A DNA stretch of 63,588 nt, counting the filler, from Lenisia limosa (Eukaryota > Protista > Breviatea), in NCBI GenBank assembly GCA_001655205.1. It is 13 parts of 13 records of this genome, joined end to end, with 100 filler letters (N's around TTAATTAATTAA, not from the genome) between each part and the next. Parts side by side here need not be neighbours in the genome. Positions count along the whole stretch, not along the records: positions 1 to 4,028 come from LPNZ01009623.1; positions 4,129 to 25,340 come from LPNZ01008210.1; 11 more parts are not named here. One strand, 5' to 3'. The notes beneath the pieces were generated by a model. The model saw only the letters and a list, made by a program, of their open reading frames with translations, did no database searches and had not been told where the DNA came from. Shown piece after piece: positions 1-11,623 of the stretch (position 1 is the stretch's first letter; each line of letters starts with the position of its first letter). A program made the translations under genes and the position numbers.

Positions 1-72
1 GGGAAAAAAAGCCCAAAATCAACTTTGTTGGCTACACACGAAGGTTGAGGACAACAAAACAAACAAAGCCCT

Positions 73-620
73 GCAGCCGCATCCTATCGAAGGAAGATGG
101 CAGGCTTTTGTTATTCGTACAAATGGAGAAAAGGGTCTGGGAGAGGGGGGTTACAAGGTATGGGGGTTCTTGTGTCAAATCTTGTAGAATATAAACTATG
201 TTCACCATCATCATATACATATAAATACCCCACCCCCACGCACCATATTCTGGACAAACTCCTGCAAGCAGTCATCAACAATAGCAACAGTCTCCGGTCG
301 CGGACCTGCAGTGTCGCCAAATCCGTACATCATGGGGGGCACTGGTGGAGTTATACATTATTATATTTAATTGGGGTATTCATAATACCTTCACGCTGAT
401 AGGAGTCATTGATTAAAGTAATATATTATGTATATTAACCCAATCATTTAAAACCTAAATCAAAAACACCTCTAATAAGAATAAGCATCCCTCCCCTCAC
501 AATCCATGTCGAAAACTCGCTTTCTGTTGATGTCAAGACCCTCGTTCTTGAGAGCCGTAGCCGCTGAAACGTACTTGGTGGACTTTGTCACGTCGGTTAT
601 TCCCCTCAAGTATGACTGCA
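73..620 (-). CDS. TAF13-like histone-fold (TFIID subunit) exons, 3' end truncated
   Basis: Splicing the exon ending at 501 to exon 341-244 gives GLDINRKRVFDMDLPPMMYGFGDTAGPRPETVAIVDDCLQEFVQNM, matching the TAF13 signature RKRLF..E...MMYGFGD..P..E.V...ED....FI..M. Boundaries are canonical GT-AG and in phase. Confidence 0.62.
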
Positions 621-899
621 CCGCTCTGGCAGAAATGAATGTGTTTGAGAACCATGGGAATATCATATAGTATATATCATATGGTATCATATGATATGTG
701 TATAATATATATAATATGCTCGTGCGCCAAAACCCCGTCATATTTAGTATATCATATGTAGATAAAGGAACCCGAGAATCAAATAACGAGAGAATACGAA
801 TTGGAACAGCGTTGACTCCCCATTTCCCCATTTTTATCCAGAGTTGATTTTGGGCTTTTTGTTGTTTCATAAATTTTCCAATTTTACCCCCCCCACGGG

Positions 900-3800
900 T
901 CCCTAGACAGGGCTCGGATATGCGCCCTTTTATCCTCCTCCGTTTGCACGCGCGCCACCTTCTTCTACAAGCCGTCAGAAGATGTCTTTGAGAGGGGGGG
1001 AGGGGGAGAAAAGAAAAATAAAAGGAATTATGAAACAAAGTAACCCCCAAAATTAGCTGTTGGCTATAATACTATTTTTATGTTTTGAAATACAATTGAC
1101 AAAACCCTAAAAACACAAAATATCTATCATTTTTGGGGAGCGANNNNNNNNNNNNNNNNNNNNNNNNNNNNNNNNNNNNNNNNNNNNNNNNNNNNNNNNN
1201 NNNNNNNNNNNNNNNNNNNNNNNNNNNNNNNNNNNGTTGTAACGGCAGATTTTCGATAATTGCAGTCTTTTTTACTACTGAAGATCTCTATTAGCAAAGT
1301 GAACGTACCTGTCGAGGAGCAATTAACTGCTTTGGCTGAAAGCCGCCTGGAATGTCAGAACAGAAGAGAAAACAACATTTAGAGACAGCATGGCATATAA
1401 TACATCAGAAAAAAAAGAAAAACTGAACAAAATAAAGCACTTGAGAAGAGTAAAAACCTAGAAAATAGAAAGGTCTGAAGCCGTCCAAACCCCATTGATT
1501 CTATTAAATATGATATTGCCAAAAAGAAAATGTGAAATAATGGTGGGATGAAAAAAAAACATACCAAGAGGAACCGAAATTGGCGTGTGGGGGAGCGAAG
1601 GGTCCGGTTCTAATATCGTAAAACAGGTGGGTATGAGTAGGTTCACTTCGGGTAACAAATAAGACACTGATCGCGAATAATCCCGACATGATTAACTAAA
1701 GATTAACTTTAATATCTGTGTAGTGCAGGTAAAACTCCAATACCAGCATCACAACAACCCTCCAATACCAGCATCACAACAACCCTCCAGCTCACGTGCG
1801 ATGCCCAATTGAGGGGGTTGCAAGCCGCCGAGAGAGGTGGGGAGGAGGGAAGGTTGCTGTGCAGGGTTCTGTGGATGTAAGCCTTTATGCTATGGCTAGG
1901 GCTTCCCTACGGTCCCAAAAAGACGGAATTTCTCGATCAATCCTCGATAAATAACGATATTTTACCGATATTTTTCGGAACGGAGGTAAGCCTTTGTATG
2001 CTATGGCGTAACGGGAAATAAAAGGTTGTATCAGGCCGAAGCCGTAAGCAAAATATTGTCCCATTTTGCCAATCCCCCTATTCCAAAGAGGGAATGTGGT
2101 GGTAGGGGGGGGGGGNNNNNNNNNNNNNNNNNNNNNNNNNNNNNNNNNNNNNNNNNNNNNNNNNNNNNNNNNNNNNNNNNNNNNNNNNNNNNNNNNNNNN
2201 NNNNNNNNNAAAGGTGTTGTCGCTCACAGTAAATGCAGGGCGCGAAGACACAAACGAAGGCTGCTGGTTCACAATTTGACCCAATGGTTGGCCTAAAGGT
2301 TGGCCTAAAGGTTGACCCAATGATTGGCCTAAAGGTTGGCCTAATGGTTGCCCTAAAGGTTGACCAAGGTGTTGTCCTAGTGGCTGGCCAAGGGCACCAG
2401 GTGTGGTGGGTGCTTTGGGAGCGAAAGCTAGGGGTCCCTGGTTGGAAGGGGTGCCCGTGATCGGTTGAGGCCTATTGGCTTTGGGGAACGGTGACGGTGC
2501 GGCCTGGAATGTCAGTGAATCTGAAGAACAATAAGTAAGGCCCCATTGTGTTTCGGGAAAATATCGATAGTTTCCGAGGATTTATCGAGAAATTCAGTCT
2601 TTTTTCGAACCAAAACAATAAGTGACATCAGGGTACGAATATCCGGATCTCTACGGTCCAAGTCTCAACCGACCTCTTTGTTTCTAGTTATAATTGCGGC
2701 TTAAGAGCAAACAACAACTTACCTGGGAAGATGGCTTGGCTGCAGGGAAGGGCGAACTTTGCGCGGGAGGAAAAGGGTTCTTAGCCGCAGGAGGGAAAGG
2801 AGAGCTTTGGGATGGGGGGAACGGGGAATTTCGAGCTGGTGGGAAGGGAGAGCTTATTGGTGGTGGAGATGGAGCAGGCTTGGGGAAGGGTCCGGGAGTG
2901 GCGATAGTCGGCACTTGGCTAATAGGAAACGGGGACGACACTACAGCATTTAAGTAACAGTACCTATGACAGGTTTTGGGAGATGATATACTTTTTAAGA
3001 TTTGAACAACAGCATAATATCAAAATATTACTAGGCTTCACTTTGGTTCAAAAAAAGACTGAATGTCTTGATAAATCCTAGACAACTATCGGTATTGTTT
3101 CCCAAGTTTTTGAACAGAAGTGAAGCCCTATATAATACCGATCTTATTCTGACTGGAGTGAAGCCCAAATTCATAGAAGCAGAGACGATATATTTCTATA
3201 TTTGATATATACACTGACCGGGATAAGCCTTGACCTATTTTCCTTGGAAAATCACATAGCAAATCAGCCAAGACTTATCCCAGATCATGACTAAACATTA
3301 TCCATTCCACATTATGTATATTTTAGAAGTCGGTGCAATTAATTTTTTCTGAAATAAATTTTTAATTGATTCGACATTAATTGCGAAAAAATAAATTTCA
3401 ATTATATTTTCTGAACCACTAATTTCTTAAAATTAATTGCGAATTAATTTTAGATTAATTCCAAATTAATTCGCAATAAATTTCGTAATTATTGTAAATT
3501 AATTTTGTCAATTACTTTTCCAAAAATATCAGGATAAAAGTTCTTTTGGAATGTTCCAGAACAATAAAATAAATTCCAGACACTTCAAGAACATCTGAAA
3601 AAAATAGTTTTAATTAAAAAAATTAATGCAAAAAATGAATTGCACCGACTTCTAATATATTTGCTCAAAAAACCCAATTACCTGGGGGAGGGCTGGATCT
3701 CAATCCCGGCACCCCGGCAATCGGGGATGGCGAGGACAGCGCTCGCGGCGGCGGAGACGAAATAGCCCGCGGTGGCTGCGATATTGACGGCATAGACGGC

Positions 3801-4028
3801 GGCGCATTGCTGGAGGTTNNNNNNNNNNNNNNNNNNNNNNNNNTGCCCCCCCCCCAAAAAAAAAACATGGAACAATAGTTTTTGAAAAGTTTTCACCCCG
3901 GGTTACTGGGAGGTTGAGAGTGACACGGAGGGGGCCTTCGGGCTGCTGAGCTGCGGAATTTGGCCGGGAAGACGGACTGGCGAGGGCGTGCGTTTCGGCG
4001 GAATGAGGCCGCTGATGGAGTTGCTGGA
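900..4028 (-). CDS. Pro/Ser-rich low-complexity exons (GQPL and SPFP repeats), possibly the N-terminal part of the TAF13-like gene
   Basis: Open, GT/AG-bounded exons near 3670-4028, 2705-2940 (SSPFPP repeats), 2230-2520 (GQPLGQPL repeats) and 1795-1875. They are on the same strand as the TAF13-like exons with no obvious intergenic break. Confidence 0.5.
3032..3130. mobile_element. Family A MITE, CACTTCGGTTC subfamily
   Basis: Terminal inverted repeats TAGGCTTCACTTTGGTTCAAAAA and TTTTTGAACAGAAGTGAAGCCCTA; flanks AATATTAC and TATAATAC match at 6 of 8 positions. Confidence 0.75.
3317..3660. mobile_element. AT-rich element of about 340 bp with terminal inverted repeats (mariner-like MITE candidate)
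   Basis: TAGAAGTCGGTGCAATT (3324-3340) is the exact reverse complement of 3638-3654. A short relative with TATTAAGGCTCCGTGCAATT/AATTGCACTGAGCCCTAATA lies at 32735-32800. Confidence 0.65.
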
Positions 4029-4128
4029 NNNNNNNNNNNNNNNNNNNNNNNNNNNNNNNNNNNNNNNNNNNNTTAATTAATTAANNNNNNNNNNNNNNNN
4101 NNNNNNNNNNNNNNNNNNNNNNNNNNNN
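4029..4128. other. Artificial scaffold-joining linker (N-run, TTAATTAATTAA, N-run); representative of 12 copies
   Basis: The same 12-mer, which gives stops in all six frames, is flanked by N-runs at 4073, 25385, 28356, 32956, 34493, 36128, 45602, 48349, 53408, 54877, 58043 and 61036. Sequence on either side of a linker is not necessarily adjacent in the genome. Confidence 0.97.
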
Positions 4129-6451
4129 ATGCGCACACGCTCACATAGGCAACCGACTCTGGATCATGGGTGGTGTCAGTGAGGACTCCGGATTTTATTC
4201 CTTCTCTAAGGTGGCTTCTCAAAATGTGTATAAGATGGCAGAGTTTCATGCTTGGGCTTTTTTTCTTATGTTTTTACCCTCCTCATAACAGAGTTGATTT
4301 GGTAGTTGCATTTCCACCCACCCCTTGACTCGATAGGTCTACGATCTTGATCTGGATACTTGGTCTTGGACAGAGCACATTTTGGGTAAGAGAGGTGAAG
4401 ACAGCAGTTTATGATTAATGTCTTGAGGGCTGATTATCATTTCCTTGCTTCATACAGTGACCGGGATAAGTCTTGACCAATTTGAATTTGAAGGAGAATC
4501 GGTCAAGACTTATCCGGTCACTGTGTATACTTATATACGCAATAATTGACCCGCCTAGATAGCCATTACCCCGCCCCGCGAGTCACACCAAGTTTCGCAA
4601 CCTTCGGTGAAGTCATTTGGATCTTTGGCGGTTTTGGCCCGGATGTGGGGTGTGTGTTGAATCCAAGCGTACGAGGTTATGTATGATATGTACCAACATA
4701 CTATCTGTGGACGGCTTGTTTGATGATATGTACCAACATACTATCTGTGGACGGCTTGTTTGATAACAATACCTTATTGACAAAGCCAAACAGCCATAAC
4801 CAATTCAGCAAAGCACGGATATTGACGCGAAAGAAGCCAGTTTGGTTTGGATGGATGATGTTTGGATATTCAACTCGCGTACTCGAAAGTTCATCCCTTC
4901 CACCAACATCAACACCGGTTTGCCTGAGGGACTTGTTTTGGTTGCTTTCTGTCTATTTTTTGATACATAATACAAACACCTGGGAGTAGAGGAAAGCAGT
5001 AACATATATCATATCATATCATATGTAATTCAATCTCCATTCCCTCCACTCTCACACACAGGGCCGAAACAGGAAAACCGCTCAGCTGCCTCCGCCGCCT
5101 CCATTGGGGGAACTAAAGTGGCCCTTTTTGGTGGTTCCCAGTCGATATCGTGGGGTACGGGCTTTGTTCATTTCAAAATGATGTGAAAAGTAAGAAACGG
5201 TTTCACTAGCTTTCTTTTTTAATCATCACAAACAGTTTCACTAGCTTTCTTTTTTAATCATCACAAACAGTCTCACTAGCTTTCTTTTTACCATAATATT
5301 TACACGACAGCCTGGACTCCACCTCAGTCTATGATCTATCAAGTGAGGAGCGGAGAAGGTTCAGTGGAAATAAAGACGATGAAGATGGAAATGAAGCAGT
5401 GCTGTATAGTGGCCTAAATAAAGCATGCCTTTCCAGTCTCTTCTGTCGTAAAAATATATTACCAGGGATTCCCTACGGTCCGAAAAAAACGGGTAAAATA
5501 TTGATATTTATCGAGGATTTATCGGGAAATACCGTCTTTTTTGGAACAGTAGGAAGGCCCTAGATCATACTCCTGATCAATATTTGAATGATAGCCCCCC
5601 CTCCCCTCAATTGACACAGTGTGTTTGTAGTTCGGAAAATGTAGATCCACTTGTCTGAGGCCAAATATCTACTGACCATTCAGGCCCTATGAAGTGGACA
5701 AATATTCCAGGGCCTCATCCACCTGCACGAAGCTTAGCTGCCTCGTGCATGATGAATGGGAAAATGCTGATTATTGGCGGGTCTTCAAAGGACGACTACT
5801 CCGATGTTTGGGGTAGGTTGAGCTGAAATGAAGTTCATCCAGTCTGAGAAATGCAAAACTCACACCCCCTCCTGGTTCAGCTTTTGACGGGTCAATTTGG
5901 ACCGAAGTTACCATAAACGGCAACTTTCCTAGCAGAGTCATGGGCACAGCCTGTGCTTATCAAGACCAAAACGGGACATCCCGGGTTTTGGTGTTTGGTG
6001 GCAGCCGAAGGCACGAGGACAAAACAATTCAGTCAACTGTAAGCTTCTGGTTTTCTCTTTACAACTTTAGAAACTGTGTGATTTGATCGAACTTGAATTC
6101 TGAATGTACCTAAACTCTTCTTATTTCGAAGATGCGTCACGGCTTTTGATGGATATATCACGTGTCTTCAGGTTCACAATTCAGGCTGGACATAGTCTAA
6201 ACTGTCAGGATGGAATAGCTGGACAACACCACCTTCATATGACGATCTCACCAGAGGATATGGGTAAACATTTAAAAGTTATGTAGTAGCTCCATCATAC
6301 TCTCAGAAAGTAGCTTCTTAAAAGGCTGAAGTGCTCTAGCTTCAATATGCTGTTGCCGATTCTGAGAGTTGTCAAAAAATACTAACACACCCTATCTTCT
6401 ACAGAGCTGCACAGCACTAAAAATACGAAAAAATGGAGGCAAATATCATAA
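4129..6451 (+). CDS. Kelch-repeat (beta-propeller) protein, 5' truncated
   Basis: Spliced exons give AHAHIGNRLWIMGG, VYDLDLDTWSW, MDDVWIFNSRTRKF, RSAASAASIGGTKVALFGG, HPPARSLAASCMMNGKMLIIGG..DVWAFDGSIWTEV and RVLVFGG, which are repeated kelch GG...W motifs. Confidence 0.85.
4455..4523. mobile_element. Family B MITE (Tc1/mariner-type CAGT termini, about 70-80 bp)
   Basis: Inverted repeats CAGTGACCGGGATAAGTCTTGACC and GGTCAAGACTTATCCGGTCACTG, with TA on the left. A full copy is at 7706-7781, and degenerate or partial copies are near 3213, 27060, 28990, 35630 and 62690. Confidence 0.75.
4683..4764. repeat. 40-bp intronic tandem duplication
   Basis: atgatatgtaccaacatactatctgtggacggcttgtttg occurs twice. 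Similar small intronic duplications are at about 1735-1790 and 5200-5285. Confidence 0.9.
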
Positions 6452-7029
6452 GATGGATATTTAAGATTTTAATGCTGATGTAAATGAAAGTTCACCGATT
6501 AAAGTTTTTAACTATCAGAAATTCGTGCTATTACTGATTTCCCATTGGTTATGGACAATTATATCGAAAATGCTAAGAAACAAGTTTGATATATATTTAA
6601 AAAATTACATAAAAAAAAAAAAAGGAAATGTGGGGTATGTGTTGACCCTAAATTTTGAAAATAAATATTCATTCATATATACTATCACATAATATATGTA
6701 ATTATATATTATGTATATATTTCTATATTATATAGTAGCTATATCATATACAGTATATCTTCATGGGGTCTGAGGCCTGAAATCACGCTTTTAATCACGC
6801 TTTTTTTCATTGGGTCAGGCCAATAACTTATCATATATTAGATGATATATATACATGTATATAGTATATCTATGATATGCATATAACATTATGCATCTAA
6901 TATAAAATATATATACTATACATATGATATAGATATATATATGATATATAATAACATATTATATGATATATTATATGTAATATATATATCATATATGATA
7001 TCATATACTAGTATATAATATAGTAATAA

Positions 7030-7170
7030 AAAATAAGGTAGCATCTGGCCAGGGCAATCCACACCATCACGTTTATAAGAGATATTGGATTATAGTATAA
7101 TATTAATTCACCCAATCATTTGCCTTACAACTCTGTACACACAGCTTTCTGCGTGCCTTCCCCAGCATAT
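7030..7170 (-). repeat. Family D dispersed repeat of about 140 bp (representative copy)
   Basis: Transcript-sense ATGCTGGGGA.GCACGCAGAAAGCTGTGTGTACAGAGTTGTAAGGCAAATGATTGGGTGAATT...CCAATATCTCTTAT...CGTGATGGTGTGG...GGCCAGAT. Full or partial copies lie at about 2018, 7490, 26000, 31112, 48232, 49105, 50480, 55735, 56372, 58870, 62468 and 62897. Confidence 0.85.
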
Positions 7171-7188
7171 ATAATATGATATAGTATA

Positions 7189-9208
7189 CTGTTATAGCTG
7201 CTCCACAAACATATCGCTGCTCGAGTTCTCTCCCTCGGGTGTCCATTTGTTGTCGTTTGTACCATTCATTTCTTTCTCGGAATGAAGACCTGTAATAATC
7301 ACAGAACGAAGCAAAGGTTCATATCTAAGTATGCTTAACAATTGAAAAAATTTTCTCGTTTCAAAAGAATAGCAATTTCAATAATAACAAGAAGCCAAAG
7401 AACAATAATACACCATCGCGCAGGGCAAGTTTAGAACAAACCAGATTCCCAAGTCGGAATCCTCATCAGCCAATTATAGATATTATAGAGATGAGAAAAA
7501 AAACAAAGTTGTATCTGGCCGAAGCCGCTCACACCATCAAACTCATAACAGATATTGATGAGATCGTAATTAATTCACCAATAATTTGATTTACAACTTT
7601 GAGCTCATTTCTACGTGCCTCCCCACTATATAGAAATGAATCCTATAGCTATCCAAAGATGCAAATGCTACACTGCATATCGTAATATGATATCGATATG
7701 ATACACAGTGACCGGGATAAGTCCTGACAGATTTGCTGCATGATTTCACAAGGAAAATCGGTCAAGACTTCCCGGTCACTGTATATTTTCATCAATAATA
7801 AAGAAATTGACCCCCCATACGTCCGGTGCATGTCCTCTCCAAATCCAACAAGCTTGGCTTCGGGGAACTTTTCAGGACTGTCATAGATATCCCGATGCAG
7901 TCGATGAGCAAGTTCAAGTTTCTGCAATGGTTAGGCACTCAAGAATAAAGATGATGAAGTCAAAAACTAATTATGCTAACAATTGAAGTCAAGATTATAC
8001 TACACAAGGAGAACCTTCATCATGCCTTCAAGGTCAACAGTGCGAACCTCTTTCTCATATTCGTCTCGAGGGTCTATCACGTCACGGTGTTTGCGCTGAT
8101 ATCTCTTATCCACTTCGGCTCTCCAGTCTTCCAACTCCTTCTCTCCTCTTCGAATGGTGTATGTGTCTCGTTTATCTACAGAAATTAAAATACCCCCAGC
8201 TAATATAAAAATAATGAGATTAAGGGGGTAGGAGGATTGATCCTAGAAAATTCATTTGATATATCTGACAGACAACGACCCAACCATGATGATCCCCAAA
8301 ACCCCCACCATCATAGCCCTCGACCTCGAGAAGTTTCAGGGGCTCCACGTACGGCAGCGGACCCAGTTCAAAGTCTTCGGTGTTAACTTTCGTCTCCGGT
8401 GGCGGCGTTGACGGCTCCATTCCTTTCTCACGGGCTAAGAAATAAATGTCATGTTAGCATATCGGAAATAGATAAATCCAAAAAGAGCAATGTTTTCACC
8501 TTCGTTCTCCAAACGAATTTGTTTCCTAATTTCAGCATCTTTTCCACTGTAATATTCGTCTAAAGGGAATAAACGATTGCAAATGCAAGATCTTCACAGG
8601 ATAAACCTATGCATTAATTCTAAAATAATGAAAAGAAGAGGTGTATTATTTGATTGATCACATTATTAGAATAGCGAAAACACAAGGTTGGTAAGATGTT
8701 CCTTTTATTAATAGGAAGCCCGTAAATAATGCAACATTCCAGTTTGAATACCTGTCAAGCTGCCCTCATTGTATTTCATGACATATTTCGAGAAGTACTT
8801 TCGCTGTTTCTCTGAGTTGAGCTCTTCAAAAAGCTTCTAATCTTGGATAAATTCGGAATCATTTTAAAGGAAATCCACAATAAAAATCCATTCTCCAACA
8901 TTTTTTTCTGTCAACAGCCAAACGGAGAAGTCAGCAACGGAGGTGATGAAGTCTCCATCGTCAAGAGGCACAATCGGCGGCGGTCCTTTGGCCTTCGTCC
9001 TCCTTGCCCGCTTAACTTTATTGCGTTTCCGCGTCTTCTTCATATCTTTCTTCGCCTCTTCATATTCGGAATCCTCTGACCAGTTCGTCTCCTCCAGCCG
9101 GAAGCTCCGCTTTCTTTGCTTTGGAGAGTTCGTCTCCTCCAGCCGGAAGCTCCGCTTTCTTTGCTTAGGAGAGTTCGGTGGGGTGAGTCGAAACTTCCCT
9201 CCGGCCAT
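7189..9208 (-). CDS. SCI1-like (style cell-cycle inhibitor 1 / fungal homologue) domain protein with a basic N-terminus
   Basis: Spliced LDDGDFITSVADFSVWLLTEKNV...FEELNSEKQRKYFSKYVMKYNEGSLTDEYYSG resembles the SCI1-family motif DDYF.K..EF..WL.EEK...F.DLSSE.AR..F..FVK.WN...L...YY.G. A 45-nt (15-aa) exonic duplication lies at about 9085-9175. The 3' end is uncertain. Confidence 0.55.
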
Positions 9209-9468
9209 TTCGCGCGTATTTTGTGATAAAAATACTCTACTGGTATAAAATGCTTTAGGCGGTTTAAAGAGGGGAGAAAACGAGCATGGTCACAATAAAA
9301 GGCTGGCTACGCCGTCGGAGGTTGGTAAAAAAAAATTCTCCGTAAACCGCGCAAAATTGCTAAAACAACGTAAAAAAACGCCTACATATTCACCGTATTA
9401 CCGTATCTAGAAGAACATTCACATATAACTATACTAGAAGTTGATCTTTTTCTATAGAGTCACCCAGG

Positions 9469-10113
9469 ATGCCAACGGAAGTGAAAGCACCCTCACTGAG
9501 TTCTAAATTGGACTGCAAGCCTTTAACCGAGGAAGAAATTGAGGTATTTGGAATCCATGTGTTCAATCTGTTTTATCCCTTCTCTCTAGACCCTTCTTCG
9601 TAGTGCTGTCGCTGCAAGAGAACATAGTTATTCCCCATATTCGAAATTTCCTGTCGGTGCCGCACTCCTTTCAGAAAGTGGCGAGATTTATCATGGTTTG
9701 TCTGGTCATTATGATTCTTTTTATACTCGAAGGCTGCAACGTGGAAAATGCTTCTTATGGATTGTGCATTTGCGCTGAAAGGACGGCGTTTGTAAAGGTA
9801 GGGCGAAAAGGGTGCTTGACCTAATGCTTTAGGCTGTGTCGGCAGGTGAAAGGAAGTTCCGTGGAATCGCAATTACATCGTAAGGTTTCTTTCATGGTTA
9901 ACTTCCTTAGAAAAATTGAATCGGAAGTCATTTCTCCCTGTGGAGCGTGTCGCCAATTCTTAGTGGAGGTTTGTGGCCAAGTTGGATTTGCTTAGATTGT
10001 AGTTTGGCAACATTGAGGTCTTCATGTCAAATTCGACAGGGACAGAGTTTTCTCGGATTTCATCCTATGACCTTCTCCCACATGGCTTTGTCCCTTCAAA
10101 GTTAGAGATTTGA
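9469..10113 (+). CDS. CDA: Cytidine deaminase (homotetrameric type), 6 exons
   Basis: Spliced product contains AREHSYSPYSKFPVGAALL, GCNVENASYGLCICAERTA and SPCGACRQFLVEF, i.e. the zinc-binding CAE and PCxxC motifs. Confidence 0.95.
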
Positions 10114-10279
10114 GATGCATCTCCCACTGAAAAGGTTGTCAATATGATATTTTTGCTGTAACGTATACAAAGTGAGACCAGTTAAACGTACAAGGAGACT
10201 AAATATATCACAAATAATATACTTTTTCAAGAACAAATTAGAAAAAATACCAAGAAAAGAAAACACATAAAATATTCAC

Positions 10280-11086
10280 TCAAACACCCGGGGGAGGAGG
10301 GGGGGCCTTCATTCCGCCCATCATTGCAGGCATGGGGAGACCTCCAGCAGGGGGCATACCACGTCCCATATTAGGCATTCCAGGACCAGGCATTCCAGGT
10401 TTGCCCATCATCATAGGCGGCATGCCAGCAGGGCCACCAGGCAAGCCACCCATTGGCGGCATGTTCATCATGGGCATATTCGGCAGATTTGGCATGTTGG
10501 GAATTCCCCCCATCCCTCCTACACAATTAATCCTTGAAAGGTCTCAAATGCCAACATTTTACTACCGAGAATACCCCTTCAATACAAATCAAAAAAAGTA
10601 AGAGATGTACTATATTGTTAAAAAAACCCACACACAAAAAAAAAGAACATATCTCCTACTATACACAATCCATAAATAACAGCAACAACTCCCCAAAGGT
10701 TCCCCAAAGCCCAAACATACTTCCCATCATGGCAGTAAGCATTCCTGGAAGAGGCATCGGTGCGATCGCCTGAACTACTCCCGGCACTAAAAAATTCAGA
10801 ATTTTAAATAAATGTGCGACATTTACATCATTAAGCCAAGTAGCTTACTTGGAGGAGCGTAAGGGATTCCATTTTCTTTGCAAAAGTTTTTTCTCTTTTC
10901 ATTTAAGTCATCATGGAAGTCTTTATCAAACTGTGAATAGTATTCCTTCACACTAAACGATGAAAAGGCTCAAGAAAGAAGAACAAACTTTGCACGATGT
11001 CTCCATCCTGTTGCATGATCTCTCCTTGCGTTAATTGAGTCATGTGTGAGATAAATATCGCAGTAATCACAATAAAACCTTGGCAT
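10280..11086 (-). CDS. SNRPC: U1 snRNP protein C (U1-C)
   Basis: [17 protein letters not shown]...H..GWRHRANVKEYY is the matrin-type zinc finger of U1-C, followed by the typical Met/Pro/Gly-rich tail; 4 exons. Confidence 0.93.
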
Positions 11087-11623
11087 TATGAAGAGGACAA
11101 TGTTTTTTAGAAAATTAGTTTAAATAGGGCATTTATCCTGGGGTTTCTGGGGTGTGGTTAAAATGGAATCATGACGTCATGACCTCTAACCTATAATCCT
11201 TATGAAAGTCACGAAATAATAACATAATCGGTTTTTTCCCGTCACACAACAGTCTTCTGTAAGAAGACCGAAAGATCGCGGAAAGAACTAGAGGTGATCT
11301 GGGAAATCGTTTTTTGGCTTCTTTCGGGAAGTTGGTAAGGAGTGTGCAGTAAGGTCGCGTTCAAAGTGTCAACAAGGGGACACAGGGTGAGGTTCCGCGT
11401 TTGCGACGAAATTCCTTTTTTTCTCGGGTGTTCGGTCAATTACGACGTTAGAATAAAGTTCTCCATTTTGTTTTCCGTCCTACTATTTGACTTTCAGAAA
11501 TATAAGACAGTGGTTCATAACTGTTTTGTGTTATTATTTTTTAATACCTAAGGTAGGAACAAAGGGGCACATGAAGAGCAAAATAAAGGGATTCGATTTA
11601 AAGTGTATTAGAGGTAAAATAAT

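Noticed and set aside
3032-3130. TA target duplication (Tc1/mariner) for family A
   Set aside because: The terminal TA is better read as part of the TAGGG/CCCTA ends, because several copies show 8-bp flanking duplications.
4073-4084. TTAATTAATTAA recurring 12 times as a possible conserved motif
   Set aside because: It is always embedded in N-runs of similar length and gives stops in all six frames, so it is an assembly spacer. Gene neighbourhoods across it are meaningless.
6560-7030. Very AT-rich (TA/GATAT) tract as a possible structured element or origin
   Set aside because: It is low-complexity intergenic or intronic sequence between convergent genes with no defined unit.
7030-7170. Family D as a box C/D snoRNA
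   Set aside because: No convincing terminal RUGAUGA/CUGA pair was found in transcript sense, so the RNA class is left open.
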